A DNA stretch of 64,000 nucleotides, from contig CAZBKJ010000001.1 of the NCBI GenBank assembly GCA_964492495.1, forward strand, positions 2,251 to 66,250. The letters are read 5' to 3'. A program made the position numbers and the translations under genes. This DNA is from an uncultured Pseudomonadales bacterium. GTDB taxonomy: Bacteria; Patescibacteriota; Microgenomatia; UBA1400; UBA12028. This document shows, in pieces, positions 46,996-56,700 of the stretch (its first letter is position 1; every line of letters starts with the position of its first letter). The notes beneath the pieces are model-generated. The model searched no databases. It saw nothing but the letters and a program-made list of their open reading frames with translations, and had not been told where the DNA came from.

Positions 46996-47674
46996 GTCCA
47001 GAAGCATCTATCCATTGCTGAGAATAAGATACTGGCTCGGAATCTGTTTGGTCAGAGGGAGAAGAAAGGTCAGTGTTAGGTCTAAAAAAGACTTGCATTC
47101 CATCTAGCCTTCCTCTTGATTGGTATTCAGAAAAATCTTCATAATCAAGTTCTATGATTGTTCCCATGTAGCATGCTCTTTCATACTGATGGATTGCAGC
47201 GGCACAATCTCCAACAAGGAATGGCCCTCTCCATGTGTCGTTATCGCCTTTTCGTATCCATGCTACCATTCCAATATACCCACAGCTGTCTGTAGCGATC
47301 GCACCTATGAAATCTTCTGGATTAAGATTCCATCGTTCTGCTTTCTCAGTGAGTACTCCTTGCAAAAACCCTCTTCGAGTATAAGTGGCAGAACCTTCAA
47401 GTAAATTTCCGGGATTAAATGTATGTAAATCCTCAGGTGCCAATCCAGGAACAAAAGAACCGAGAGCACCATAATACCCTTGTTCAAGATTTTCCAATGG
47501 AATTTCCCATGAATATAAATCACAGGTTTGTAAATCTACAAAGCCATCATTGGCATAGCAATTATCAGGAAGTTTTTCTTGAGCTTCTGCATGCAAAGCA
47601 GTCTGCATACTCAGCAACAGAAAAAATAGTAATAAACTAATTTCAGTTCTTTTTTTAAAAATTTCTTTTCTCAT
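46976..47674 (-). CDS. Secreted protein, possible double-psi beta-barrel domain
   Basis: Signal peptide; IATDSCGYIG..WIR....GPFLVGDCA...IELDY. Confidence 0.55.
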   Translation of the reverse strand: MRKEIFKKRTEISLLLFFLLLSMQTALHAEAQEKLPDNCYANDGFVDLQTCDLYSWEIPLENLEQGYYGALGSFVPGLAPEDLHTFNPGNLLEGSATYTRRGFLQGVLTEKAERWNLNPEDFIGAIATDSCGYIGMVAWIRKGDNDTWRGPFLVGDCAAAIHQYERACYMGTIIELDYEDFSEYQSRGRLDGMQVFFRPNTDLSSPSDQTDSEPVSYSQQWIDASGLICSNE

Positions 47675-47765
47675 ATGCGAAATACTTTTTCTAATTCATT
47701 GGAAAAGTAATGGTATAGGAATTCGTAGAGGATGTGGAGGGCAGAAATTGAAAGCAAATGCGTTT

Positions 47766-48404
47766 TTATGTCCGATCTGGATACGAACAGATATGGATAC
47801 ATGCCAAGGTGCCAAAAACCCCATCACTTCCTGATTTGTAGCGTGTTTCATAAATGACGTGGCATCTTCCTTCTTCTTCAAACTCTGAAAGTATTTTTAT
47901 AAGCGCATGAATGTAGTCGCTTGTAAATGATGGATGTTTTGAATTAATTGGTTCATTTCCACGATAATAGCCTGCCGGATCAATATCGATAGCCGCGCCA
48001 GCAAAGTGAGCACTCCATCCAATAGCAGCAAATGGACTTGTTTGTCGTAACTTTTGTTGAATTTCTTCCGTACGATACAAAGAAGTAACGGGTAGAAAGA
48101 TGTTGTCTGAGGGCTCTGAACTTCTATGTGTTTGTTGTTTCCACATAAGCATAATCTGCATGAAAAGTTCATATGCAGATTTTCGAACGGCTCGAGGTTC
48201 CTCATTCCTTCGAAGTACCCCTATCAAACGGTAATTCAACTCAGGATCTTCATCTGGAAGTTCAATAAAAAGTCCTGTTTTCAAGGCATCTGGTAAATCA
48301 AGAATGATTTCATCCTTCCAGCGATAGCTTTCCAAAAGTACTTGGTCTTGTACGCGAGCAGATTCATTCGCCTGAAGTTGTGAAGGAATATCTCGAACAT
48401 TCAT
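47766..48404 (-). CDS. Peptidase M15/Hedgehog-fold protein (DUF5715-like)
   Basis: VTSLYRT, SAHFAGAAIDI (H-x6-D), CIHI. Confidence 0.7.
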   Translation of the reverse strand: MNVRDIPSQLQANESARVQDQVLLESYRWKDEIILDLPDALKTGLFIELPDEDPELNYRLIGVLRRNEEPRAVRKSAYELFMQIMLMWKQQTHRSSEPSDNIFLPVTSLYRTEEIQQKLRQTSPFAAIGWSAHFAGAAIDIDPAGYYRGNEPINSKHPSFTSDYIHALIKILSEFEEEGRCHVIYETRYKSGSDGVFGTLACIHICSYPDRT

Positions 48405-48519
48405 AGATGTTCTATTTTATCATTTTGTTCGTTTTCTCATTATGGGTGAAAATCTATTTTGGAACTCTTTTTGTCTCGTAGTGCTGTAAAATACCTCAAT
48501 TAATAGCATACGACTACGT

Positions 48520-49653
48520 ATGATCAGTAAAGAAGCTTCAGCTCCACAAATTCACTCATACTCTCACACATACATTCCTCAGGTCATCGATATACCATTC
48601 CAACTCAACGACGGTAATTTTGATATACCTCTAGGTTGGCACAATGTTGTTCCTTCACTTGCATACTTAGTGGACTATAGTTCGATTCAGCCAGTTCATA
48701 ATGGTGATCAGGTGGCAGAAAAAAAATCACAAGTCGAAAGAGAAAAAGACGTGCGACAAGCTATCGAAAATGATCTAAAAGATAAAGAAATTCGAATCAA
48801 GCAAATCTTCATGGAAGGTCAAAGTAGTGCTGACACTGTCAAACTCAATTATTTGTATTCTGTTCAGGAAAGAGCAGAAAGTAATCATGAAGAAAATATC
48901 CAAAACGCACAAGAATATGTTCTTCAAGCACTAGATGATGCTCGATCATTTTTTCCATCAACGCAAAGAATTCATTTTGAAATTTGGGTTCTCCCCATAG
49001 ATGAACAACAGCAGGAAAACAGTGAGTATGTATTTTCATCTCTATTTGCTGACCTTGGAAGCTTAATAAAGCGACGAGGAATATCAGTATCTGGAGGAAG
49101 CAGCTGTTTTATTATCTGTCTTCCAAAAAAAAGCTTCAGGGACTATATTCCAGATTCTTTCTCAGGAATCGAAACAAATACTATAAAAAGCAGTTTTGAT
49201 CAAAGTCTCTATGTACAAATACGGCATGAGATAACACACGGAATTCAAACAACTCTTGAAGGAGATAGCGATTTTGCAACAGAAGGTGTAGCAATGCTCG
49301 TAGAGGGTCTTTATCTTAACTCGAACTTTATTCATGGAAAAGTGCGTCGAGAAGATATCAATGTTGAAGAGATACTGGAGCTGGCGAATAAGCGCGATTA
49401 TGAAGGCTACTCTTCTTCAGAGCATATGCTCTACTGGGTATCACATTCACTCTTTCGGTTTATCTATGATTACTTTTACAGAGATGCAAATAAATTTGGA
49501 GAATTGCTAGACCTTCTGCGAAAGCCACAAAAACTATCCTTTTCAGAGGCATTTTATACAGTTTTTCAGATGAAATTTGAAGCACTTGTACCCATGTGGA
49601 AACATGAGATTTTCAGAGGTGAATTTCAAATAGAAAAATGGGAGAGCGAATGA
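48520..49653 (+). CDS. Gluzincin-type metallopeptidase-like protein
   Basis: HEITH followed by ATEGVA. Confidence 0.65.
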   Translation: MISKEASAPQIHSYSHTYIPQVIDIPFQLNDGNFDIPLGWHNVVPSLAYLVDYSSIQPVHNGDQVAEKKSQVEREKDVRQAIENDLKDKEIRIKQIFMEGQSSADTVKLNYLYSVQERAESNHEENIQNAQEYVLQALDDARSFFPSTQRIHFEIWVLPIDEQQQENSEYVFSSLFADLGSLIKRRGISVSGGSSCFIICLPKKSFRDYIPDSFSGIETNTIKSSFDQSLYVQIRHEITHGIQTTLEGDSDFATEGVAMLVEGLYLNSNFIHGKVRREDINVEEILELANKRDYEGYSSSEHMLYWVSHSLFRFIYDYFYRDANKFGELLDLLRKPQKLSFSEAFYTVFQMKFEALVPMWKHEIFRGEFQIEKWESE

Positions 49654-50858
49654 AGAACAATATCGGCAGAAACGACCCTTGTCCTTGTGGAGCAATCAAC
49701 GCGGAAACAGGAAAACCAGTAAAGTACAAGAAATGTTGTTTCATTCATCCCATAGATATGCCATCTCAACTTGAATTTATGCAGATGAAGGTTGAAATGA
49801 TGCAAAAAGCAGTCACTATGAGAAACGTATTGAAAACTAAAGGCATTTTTATTGATTTCCCAGCCCCTGTAGTTTTCAAAGGAAAATCAATTTGGGCATT
49901 TGGCAGTGGGTTGTATTTCTATCCAAAAGAACACATGACCTTTCACGAGGGACTAATTTTTGTCCTTAGAAATCTTCTAGCAAAGGATAAAAAGTGGGTA
50001 GCAGAGCAAGAAGCAGTACCATTAGAAAAACGACACTTTATTTTGAAGTGTTATCACGAGTATCTTAAATGGAGAAATAAAAATAGTACACCTGAAAACC
50101 AAATAGGAGATGAAAAATGGAGAGCAATCCCAGACGGATTGACCAAATCTTTACTATCATTGGCATTTGACGTAGCTTGCATTATCCACGTTCATGGCCA
50201 CATACCTGAAAAAATCATTGAGCGATTGAAGAAAACCGACAACATCTATCAAGGTGCGAGATACGAAATAGCAGTTGCAGCAATTTTTGCTCGACTAGGA
50301 TGCAAGTTCGAGTTCTTAGATGAAAAACTAGATCATCTTACTCAAACACCTGGCCACTGCGAGTTCTTTGCGACAGATGAGGAAACGAACACTATTGTTG
50401 CAGTTGAAGCGAAAAGTAAGGTAAGAAAAGGTGTGTTGCATCAACCTGGGCAATCTACTGAGTTTCAACTATGGAACAATGTCACAGGTCCGTATAGAAA
50501 TGCCCTCAAGCAGAGTCCTGAGGATGTTCCGTTTATTGTATTTGTTGACGTAAACTCACCACCAACTCCCGGTCTAGATAAATTTGAAAAGCCATGGGCT
50601 AAGGAAATCTTAGAAAGTAGAGAGAAAACTCCACTGAACAAACCAGGGAAACCAGATCCTTGCACACTAATAGTCTATACAAACTATTCATACCATTACC
50701 AAACTGGTACTGAGGCTAAGGCAAATGAAGCAATTACAGTTGCTCCTGCTTATCCTAAGCACGCTGTCTCTGAATTATTTTTGAATAAGTTACAAATGGC
50801 AATAGAAAACTATAGCTTTATTCCAAATATTGAGTACGATGGTACAGTTAAAGGATAA
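49650..50858 (+). CDS. SEC-C motif protein with PD-(D/E)XK-like nuclease region
   Basis: IGRNDPCPCG...KYKKCC; ARYEIAVA..., HCEF...VAVEAKSK. Confidence 0.7.
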   Translation: MKNNIGRNDPCPCGAINAETGKPVKYKKCCFIHPIDMPSQLEFMQMKVEMMQKAVTMRNVLKTKGIFIDFPAPVVFKGKSIWAFGSGLYFYPKEHMTFHEGLIFVLRNLLAKDKKWVAEQEAVPLEKRHFILKCYHEYLKWRNKNSTPENQIGDEKWRAIPDGLTKSLLSLAFDVACIIHVHGHIPEKIIERLKKTDNIYQGARYEIAVAAIFARLGCKFEFLDEKLDHLTQTPGHCEFFATDEETNTIVAVEAKSKVRKGVLHQPGQSTEFQLWNNVTGPYRNALKQSPEDVPFIVFVDVNSPPTPGLDKFEKPWAKEILESREKTPLNKPGKPDPCTLIVYTNYSYHYQTGTEAKANEAITVAPAYPKHAVSELFLNKLQMAIENYSFIPNIEYDGTVKG

Positions 50859-50975
50859 GAGAGCAGCTCATTTCATGAATGTAATAAACTCTAAGGGTGT
50901 GACTCTTGAATGTCTGGAACAGTTTTGTCACATAGTTTGTGATCTGAACCTAACAGTAATTAATAAAGGCTGATA

Positions 50976-51737
50976 CTACTTGAAGATGTGACTTAACTGT
51001 TCAACCTCTTTGATCATCGATTCTAAAACTGTAGTTACTGGTTTCCCCTCAATAATGCTCTTTTCATTCAGAACAACCTCAAAGCGAAATTGCATTTTAA
51101 GGTTTGGCTCTGCATCAAGGGAATCCACAAAGAGCACATCACCAGGTTTAAGGGGAAAAAGGTTATCTGCAGGTCTAATAAATAATGGCATATCAGGAAT
51201 ATCATTGTCTTTCATTAATTTTTTCATTTGAGCAATCATTAGTGACCCTATATCCACGCTTCCAAAAGTTGAACCAACTGTAATAAGCAATCTATGCTTG
51301 TCAATGTTATTAAGCATTGCTATCGTCCAAAGAGTATCATTTCCTCCTTTGTATGGTTGTATGGAATCAATAAGTTTTAATTTTTTGCCAGATATACCTT
51401 TTGTCTTTCTCACTTTTTCTTTTTCATAAGTTTGAAGATCCTTTTCTATTGGGAAATATATATGCTTTGAGGATACTGTACCTTTGTTCTCTGAAATAAA
51501 TAAATCATAAGCTAAATGATCTAATGCGCTTCTGAGATTCTGAATAACATCACCAGAAATCAAGGCGATCTTATCAGGTACACTTGCTACATCCGTCAAA
51601 TAGTAGACGAGGCGTTTTGTCTGAGAATCTCTCCTGGTACCAATTCTGTATGGATTCGATGCGAAGAAAGCACTAATTTCTATTTGGAGCTCTCCCAAGT
51701 GTTGTTTGGCTCGATCAATTTTATTTATCCAGTTCAT
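50976..51737 (-). CDS. Hypothetical protein (HEPN-like suspected)
   Basis: KIDRAKQH, NLRSALDHLAY, YFPI, IQPY, LNNIDKHR. Confidence 0.65.
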   Translation of the reverse strand: MNWINKIDRAKQHLGELQIEISAFFASNPYRIGTRRDSQTKRLVYYLTDVASVPDKIALISGDVIQNLRSALDHLAYDLFISENKGTVSSKHIYFPIEKDLQTYEKEKVRKTKGISGKKLKLIDSIQPYKGGNDTLWTIAMLNNIDKHRLLITVGSTFGSVDIGSLMIAQMKKLMKDNDIPDMPLFIRPADNLFPLKPGDVLFVDSLDAEPNLKMQFRFEVVLNEKSIIEGKPVTTVLESMIKEVEQLSHIFK

Positions 51738-51908
51738 ATTCAGGTTCTAAAATGTAAGTTTGGATACGTAGGAGCGATATTAGCAGAGACATAGTGCATT
51801 TTTGAGCAGGAGTATGGGTCGCACTGGACCTTGTGATATTTCGGACCCACCCCGTCACCGCCAGCTGGCGGTTCCCACCACTTCTTATCTGCTAGAATCA
51901 AAAACTAC

Positions 51909-51936
51909 AAAAAAAACCGCGGGAAGCGGCTTTTTT
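51909..51936 (-). terminator. Terminator after the duplicated tRNA 3' end
   Basis: AAAAAA GCCGC TTCCC GCGGT TTTTTTT on the minus strand. Confidence 0.7.
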
Positions 51937-51942
51937 ATTGTT

Positions 51943-52017
51943 TGTGACCCCACCCGAATTCTCCCCGCAAGGGGGATGGGGCAGGTCACCTCATTGGTGA
52001 CTTGCCCTTAGAATCGG
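51943..52017 (-). repeat. Duplicated tRNA-Glu 3' end (att-like), interrupted in the T-loop by a 49-nt double hairpin
   Basis: TGTGACCCCACCCGAATTC 51943-51961 is identical to 52084-52102; GAATCGG resumes at 52011. Confidence 0.85.
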
Positions 52018-52049
52018 ATTCGACTCCTATTCTGTGAGGAGTACAAGGT

Positions 52050-52079
52050 AAAAAAAATCAGGCTATAGCCTGATTTTTT
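52050..52079 (-). terminator. Bidirectional-type terminator after tRNA-Glu
   Basis: AAAAAAAATCAGGC-TATA-GCCTGATTTTTT. Confidence 0.85.
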
Positions 52080-52085
52080 CACCTG

Positions 52086-52158
52086 TGACCCCACCCGAAT
52101 TCGAATCGGGGTTACCAGGATGAGAACCTGGTGTCCTAGGCCTCTAGACGATGGGGCC
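52086..52158 (-). tRNA. tRNA-Glu (CTC)
   Basis: GGCCCCA/TGGGGTC acceptor stem, CCAGG-TTCTCAT-CCTGG anticodon arm, CCCGA-TTCGAAT-TCGGG T arm; CCA not encoded. Confidence 0.97.
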
Positions 52159-52419
52159 ATGCGCCATTTTTTCTAAATGGTCCGTAAGCATGATCTTTAC
52201 AGCTCTTTTACCTTTTGTAGTTTTTAAGTAATTTTCTCTTCTTCTCGCATCTTTCTCTGAAAGAAACGCTTCGTAGAATATGAGTCGGACAGTACCCATT
52301 CTTTTTGTTGAATACACACCTTTACTGAGATGCTTACGGATTCTTTCTTTTAAGTTTGCCGTAAATCCTGTGTATATTTTCCCAGTATCTCTACTTTGTA
52401 AGAGATATACGTAATACAT
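52144..52419 (-). CDS. GIY-YIG nuclease family protein (stop codon inside tRNA-Glu)
   Basis: YYVYLLQS...IYTGFT.NLKERI..H...YEAF...DA.RRE.YLK; last codons GGC CCC ATC GTC TAG are tRNA nt 1-15. Confidence 0.9.
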   Translation of the reverse strand: MYYVYLLQSRDTGKIYTGFTANLKERIRKHLSKGVYSTKRMGTVRLIFYEAFLSEKDARRRENYLKTTKGKRAVKIMLTDHLEKMAHGPIV

Positions 52420-52432
52420 TAGCAATACTCTA

Positions 52433-52620
52433 TCATGAACCAGAATAAATTCGATTCATGACCATGAACCGTGCTTTGCACTGGTTCACGGGACGATGGG
52501 GCCAAGCTGAGCTTGGCTATACTTGCGCTTAGCGCAAGTGCCTCTTCAAACCAATACTAATCCGAGCTTAGCTCGGGTGCCAAACTGATGACTATCTTAC
52601 TTACGCTGGGCGCAAGTGCC
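52433..52620. repeat. Cluster of six short palindromes containing a duplicate of the tRNA-Glu 5' end
   Basis: Hairpins at 52433-61, 52462-91, 52501-17, 52521-39, 52562-76, 52599-617; GACGATGGGGCCA at 52492-52504 equals 52147-52159. Confidence 0.85.
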
Positions 52621-52628
52621 TCTATTAA

Positions 52629-52898
52629 TCATGTATTGTACTTGAGTTTTTCAAAAATATGTCTTAACTGTATCTTTAGCTCTTTTTTTCCTTTACCACC
52701 TTTTAGATAAGTTTCTCTCTGCTTTGCGTCACTTTGTTCGACATACGCTTCGTAATATATGAGGACAAGTGGTCTTCTATACTTTGTGGCACTTACGAAT
52801 CCGTTTACATGAGCTTTATATCGAGATTTCAAATCGTGCGTAAAACCCGTATAAAGTTGCTTGTCTTTTCCTGAATACAAGATGTACATGTAATACAT
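52629..52898 (-). CDS. GIY-YIG nuclease family protein
   Basis: YYMYILYS...LYTGFT.DLKSR..AH..G...ATKYRRP..LIYYEAY...DA..RE.YLK. Confidence 0.92.
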   Translation of the reverse strand: MYYMYILYSGKDKQLYTGFTHDLKSRYKAHVNGFVSATKYRRPLVLIYYEAYVEQSDAKQRETYLKGGKGKKELKIQLRHIFEKLKYNT

Positions 52899-52930
52899 TT
52901 GTACATTTAATTTTATCACGAAATGGGAGG

Positions 52931-53500
52931 TCAGATTCGTTCAGCCTGGATGATGAGTCGCTTCGTATCTAGAAAGCCTGTACAGGTATAGATTGTCAGC
53001 AATTCACTTTCAGTCGGGGCAATGTACTCAAGCTTGTCTGGAGAGGTTGTGACTTTTTTCGTGATTGTATACTCAAAAACAGTTTCATTGGCGGTTGTGA
53101 CACTGATAGTTTCTCCCACATTCACCTCATGAAGCTTTCCGAGGAGCTTTTTGTTGTTGTGACCGTAAAAAACGGTATTTCCTGGCGTTCCAGGCAGGGA
53201 TGATTCACTCCAAAACACGACGTGTGTAGGGGAAAGTACCCAAAAATCGTTCTTTTTTGCAAAAGCCTCCACTGGAGCGTCAATTTTGTCGGCTATTTTG
53301 ATCTGAACGGGGAATGTTGGGACAGACTCAGTCATGTTTTCGTTGGTACGTTCTTCTCTTGCCTGGGTGACGATTTGTTCCTCCTTGAGTACAGAGATGA
53401 CTGAAAATCCTAAAAACAGGACTCCAAGGAACATGAACAGGACTCCAAACCGCGTTTTATGTTTGGAAATCTGCATACGAGTCCGTATTGATTTCTGCAT
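52931..53500 (-). CDS. Sortase
   Basis: N-terminal TM; PG.PGNTVFYGH, LTIYTC, KRL (His/Cys/Arg triad). Confidence 0.9.
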   Translation of the reverse strand: MQKSIRTRMQISKHKTRFGVLFMFLGVLFLGFSVISVLKEEQIVTQAREERTNENMTESVPTFPVQIKIADKIDAPVEAFAKKNDFWVLSPTHVVFWSESSLPGTPGNTVFYGHNNKKLLGKLHEVNVGETISVTTANETVFEYTITKKVTTSPDKLEYIAPTESELLTIYTCTGFLDTKRLIIQAERI

Positions 53501-53646
53501 ATATTTGTATTAAAAATTATGTAGAGTGTTGCTCTCACAACACCTATAGTAATGATTAAAAGACTATTATAGAGGAAGAACGCGTAAACGCAATGTTATA
53601 GGTCTTCTCGTGTGAAATCCCCTCTGAGGTGAACCAGAATTACTGT

Positions 53647-53676
53647 TTGACTATAGGATAGTATTCTTGGTATAAT
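53647..53676 (+). promoter_or_regulatory. sigma70 promoter of the glycan operon
   Basis: TTGACT-18 nt-TATAAT with TGn extension. Confidence 0.7.
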
Positions 53677-53726
53677 CCACTTCGCTTTTCTATCTGGAGC
53701 CGAATGCTGAAAACATCCTTTTATTC

Positions 53727-56700
53727 ATGGCCAATCTTGACATTATCATTCCAGTCTTTAATGAAGAAGCGACCATTGGCCCGTTAATTTCGCGGATCGA
53801 TAAGATACTTCGCAAAGAACACATCCCATATCATATAATTGTTGTGGATGATCGCTCTACTGACAGAAGCCTAGAACGAGTAAAAAAGGCAAGTCAAAGT
53901 TTCCCAATCACAGTTCTTAAGAAAAAAGGCCAGCAAGGAAAAGCTTTTTCTATTCTTGAGGGTATAAAAGCCTCGACCAGTGACTACATCTGTATGATCG
54001 ATGCCGATCTGCAGTATCCTCCTGAAGCAATTCCAGCGTTGTTTGATCTTGCACAGATATCCGGTGTCGCAGTAGCTCGTCGTATCACCTACGGTGGTTC
54101 TGTTGTCAGACGTATTGGAAGCAGAATACTTGCTTTTGTCCTAGGAAAGCTTCTGCATGGAATCCACTGCGATATGCAGTCGGGACTTAAGGTTTTTAAG
54201 AAAGAAATCACTGAGTTTATTAATGTCGACGAGATTACTCCTTGGGCTTTTGATCTTCCATTACTTCATGCCGCCAAACAAATGGGGTATGACATAGCAG
54301 AAGTTCCTATCGATTTCACTGAACGAGAAAATGGTGATTCAAAACTCACTCTTCTTGGTCCAACTGTACAGATTGCCAAGGGCGCGCTTCGATTAAAGTT
54401 CACAACGATCCATCCGCGAGTGATTCTTCCAGATACAAAAGAATCCATGAAAGGTGCAGGTTTTGTCCATAAAGGCAAGCGATTTATCACGCACTCAACA
54501 CTTCATCACTCAAAGAGTGCACTGCTTGTGATAACCCCAAGTCAAAAAACAGTTTTCTTTATTATTCTTGCTCTTTTTTGTTTTGGGGCAGTATTTGCGA
54601 CACTTTTTACCTTTAAGATTGCTGTTGCCATACTTTCATTTGTCTACTTTATTGATGTGTTGTTTAACTTTTTCCTTATCCTTCGAAGTCTTCAATCACC
54701 TCCAGAAATTAGTTCAGACAAGAACGAGATCTTGGCACTCAAAGATAAAGATCTCCCTGTCTATTCGATTCTATGTCCGTTGTATAAGGAAGCCCATGTT
54801 ATTCCTCAATTTGTTGAAAGTATTTCCAATCTTGATTGGCCAAAATCAAAGCTTGAAGTAATGCTTCTCTTGGAAGAAGACGATACGGAGTCAATCGAAG
54901 CAGTCAAAGACATGAACTTGCCTTCATATATTCGAAGTGTCGTTGTTCCAAACTCTCAACCAAAAACCAAACCAAAAGCATGTAACTACGGACTCAGTCA
55001 CGCGAAAGGCGAGTACTTGGTCATTTTTGATGCAGAAGACAATCCAGATCCACTTCAATTAAAGAAAGCGTACTTGGGATTCCAGAAGGTTGGTCCAAAT
55101 ATTCGCTGTTTGCAAGCAAAGCTTAATTACTACAACCCAACACAAAATGTCCTTACCCGCATGTTTACTGCAGAGTATTCACTCTGGTTTGACGTCATTT
55201 TGACGGGACTTCAATCCATTCAAACGACAATTCCTTTGGGTGGAACCAGTAATCACTTCCGCACAAAAGATCTGTTGGAGCTTGAAGGATGGGATCCGTT
55301 TAACGTCACAGAAGACTGTGACCTCGGAATCAGACTGTTTAAGCACGGCTACAAAACCGCAATCATCGACTCAACGACTCTTGAAGAAGCAAACAGTAAT
55401 GTTCTCAACTGGATTAGACAGAGAAGCAGATGGATTAAAGGCTACATGCAGACATATCTTCTCCACATGCGAGATCCTTTAGACTTTTTTAGTACACAAG
55501 GAATTCATGCATTATTGTTCCAGCTGACCGTTGGTGGAAAGATTGCCTTTATTTTAATCAACCCAATTTTGTGGGTTTTGACGATTTTGTACTTTACCTT
55601 AAATGCAGTTGTCGGGCCGACGATCGAAGCTCTGTACCCGTCAATTGTGTTCTACATGGCCGTGACATCACTTGTTTTTGGAAACTTCATGTTTATTTAC
55701 TACTACATGTTGGGTGCAGCAAAGCGTGAACAGTGGTGGCTCATGAAATGGATCTATCTTGTTCCGATCTATTGGTTGATGGTCAGTGTGGCTGCCTGCA
55801 TGGCTCTGTATCAACTGATAGTAAAACCACACTACTGGGAAAAGACCATTCACGGTCTACACCTAAAAAAAAAGCTTGAAAATGAAGCAAAAGAGACTGC
55901 AAAGGTTGTAACTGCATCTATTTTAGCCGAAGTTGAAACCAAAAAACCTCCTGTACAGCCAAGTGAGAGCACAGCCTACACAAAAAAAAGAATACAGTCG
56001 TTTGGAGTTTTCTCAAATCTTTTGAAGTATCGAAGAAGTTTCACTGGTATTTTCTCCAAGATTATCAAAGGTGAGTATCGTGGAGGAGCTTTACTTGTAG
56101 CGGCAACGATGGCAGCAAATGTGCTGAACATGGGAACAAACTTCTACATGGGGCATGCACTACGATTGACTGATTTTGCACTCTTTAATACATACCTCAG
56201 TTTGTTAAACATTATCTCAATCTTTTCTTCATCGCTTGGAACAACTGTCAATCAACGCTCAGCACACTTACTTGGAAAAATTGGGCATACACGTGCCGTC
56301 AATTTCTGGAGACATATAAAGAATCGAGTATTCTTTGTTTCTCTTATCCTCACTGGGCTGTGGGTCATCTGTATCCCGATGACAAGTTCATTTTTAAGTA
56401 TTGATTCCAATATACCGCTCTTATTGTTTACTCCAATTTTGCTTCTTCTTGGTATTAATGCTGTGAATCAAGGGTATTTGCGTGGAGCACTCGCCTTTGA
56501 ACTCGTTGCTGTTGTGACGATACTTCAGCCACTGACCCGGTTACTATCGACGATAATTTTCGGAGAGCTCACCTATGGTGAGTATGCGTACTTGTCGATT
56601 CCTACCGGAGTTGTAGTTGCAGCATTGGTTTCTCACTTCTTTGCGAGAAAAGGTGAGTCTGTGGAGATTGCACACAAAGATTTGAAGCTTCCAAAGACAT

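Noticed and set aside
46976-52000. Prophage or intact integrative element
   Set aside because: No integrase, terminase, capsid or replication genes recognised.
52086-52504. Intron-split tRNA
   Set aside because: The downstream copy is a complete uninterrupted cloverleaf; the upstream piece is only 13 nt.
52433-52620. Mini CRISPR array
   Set aside because: The palindromes differ from one another and spacing is irregular; no identical 25-40-nt repeats.
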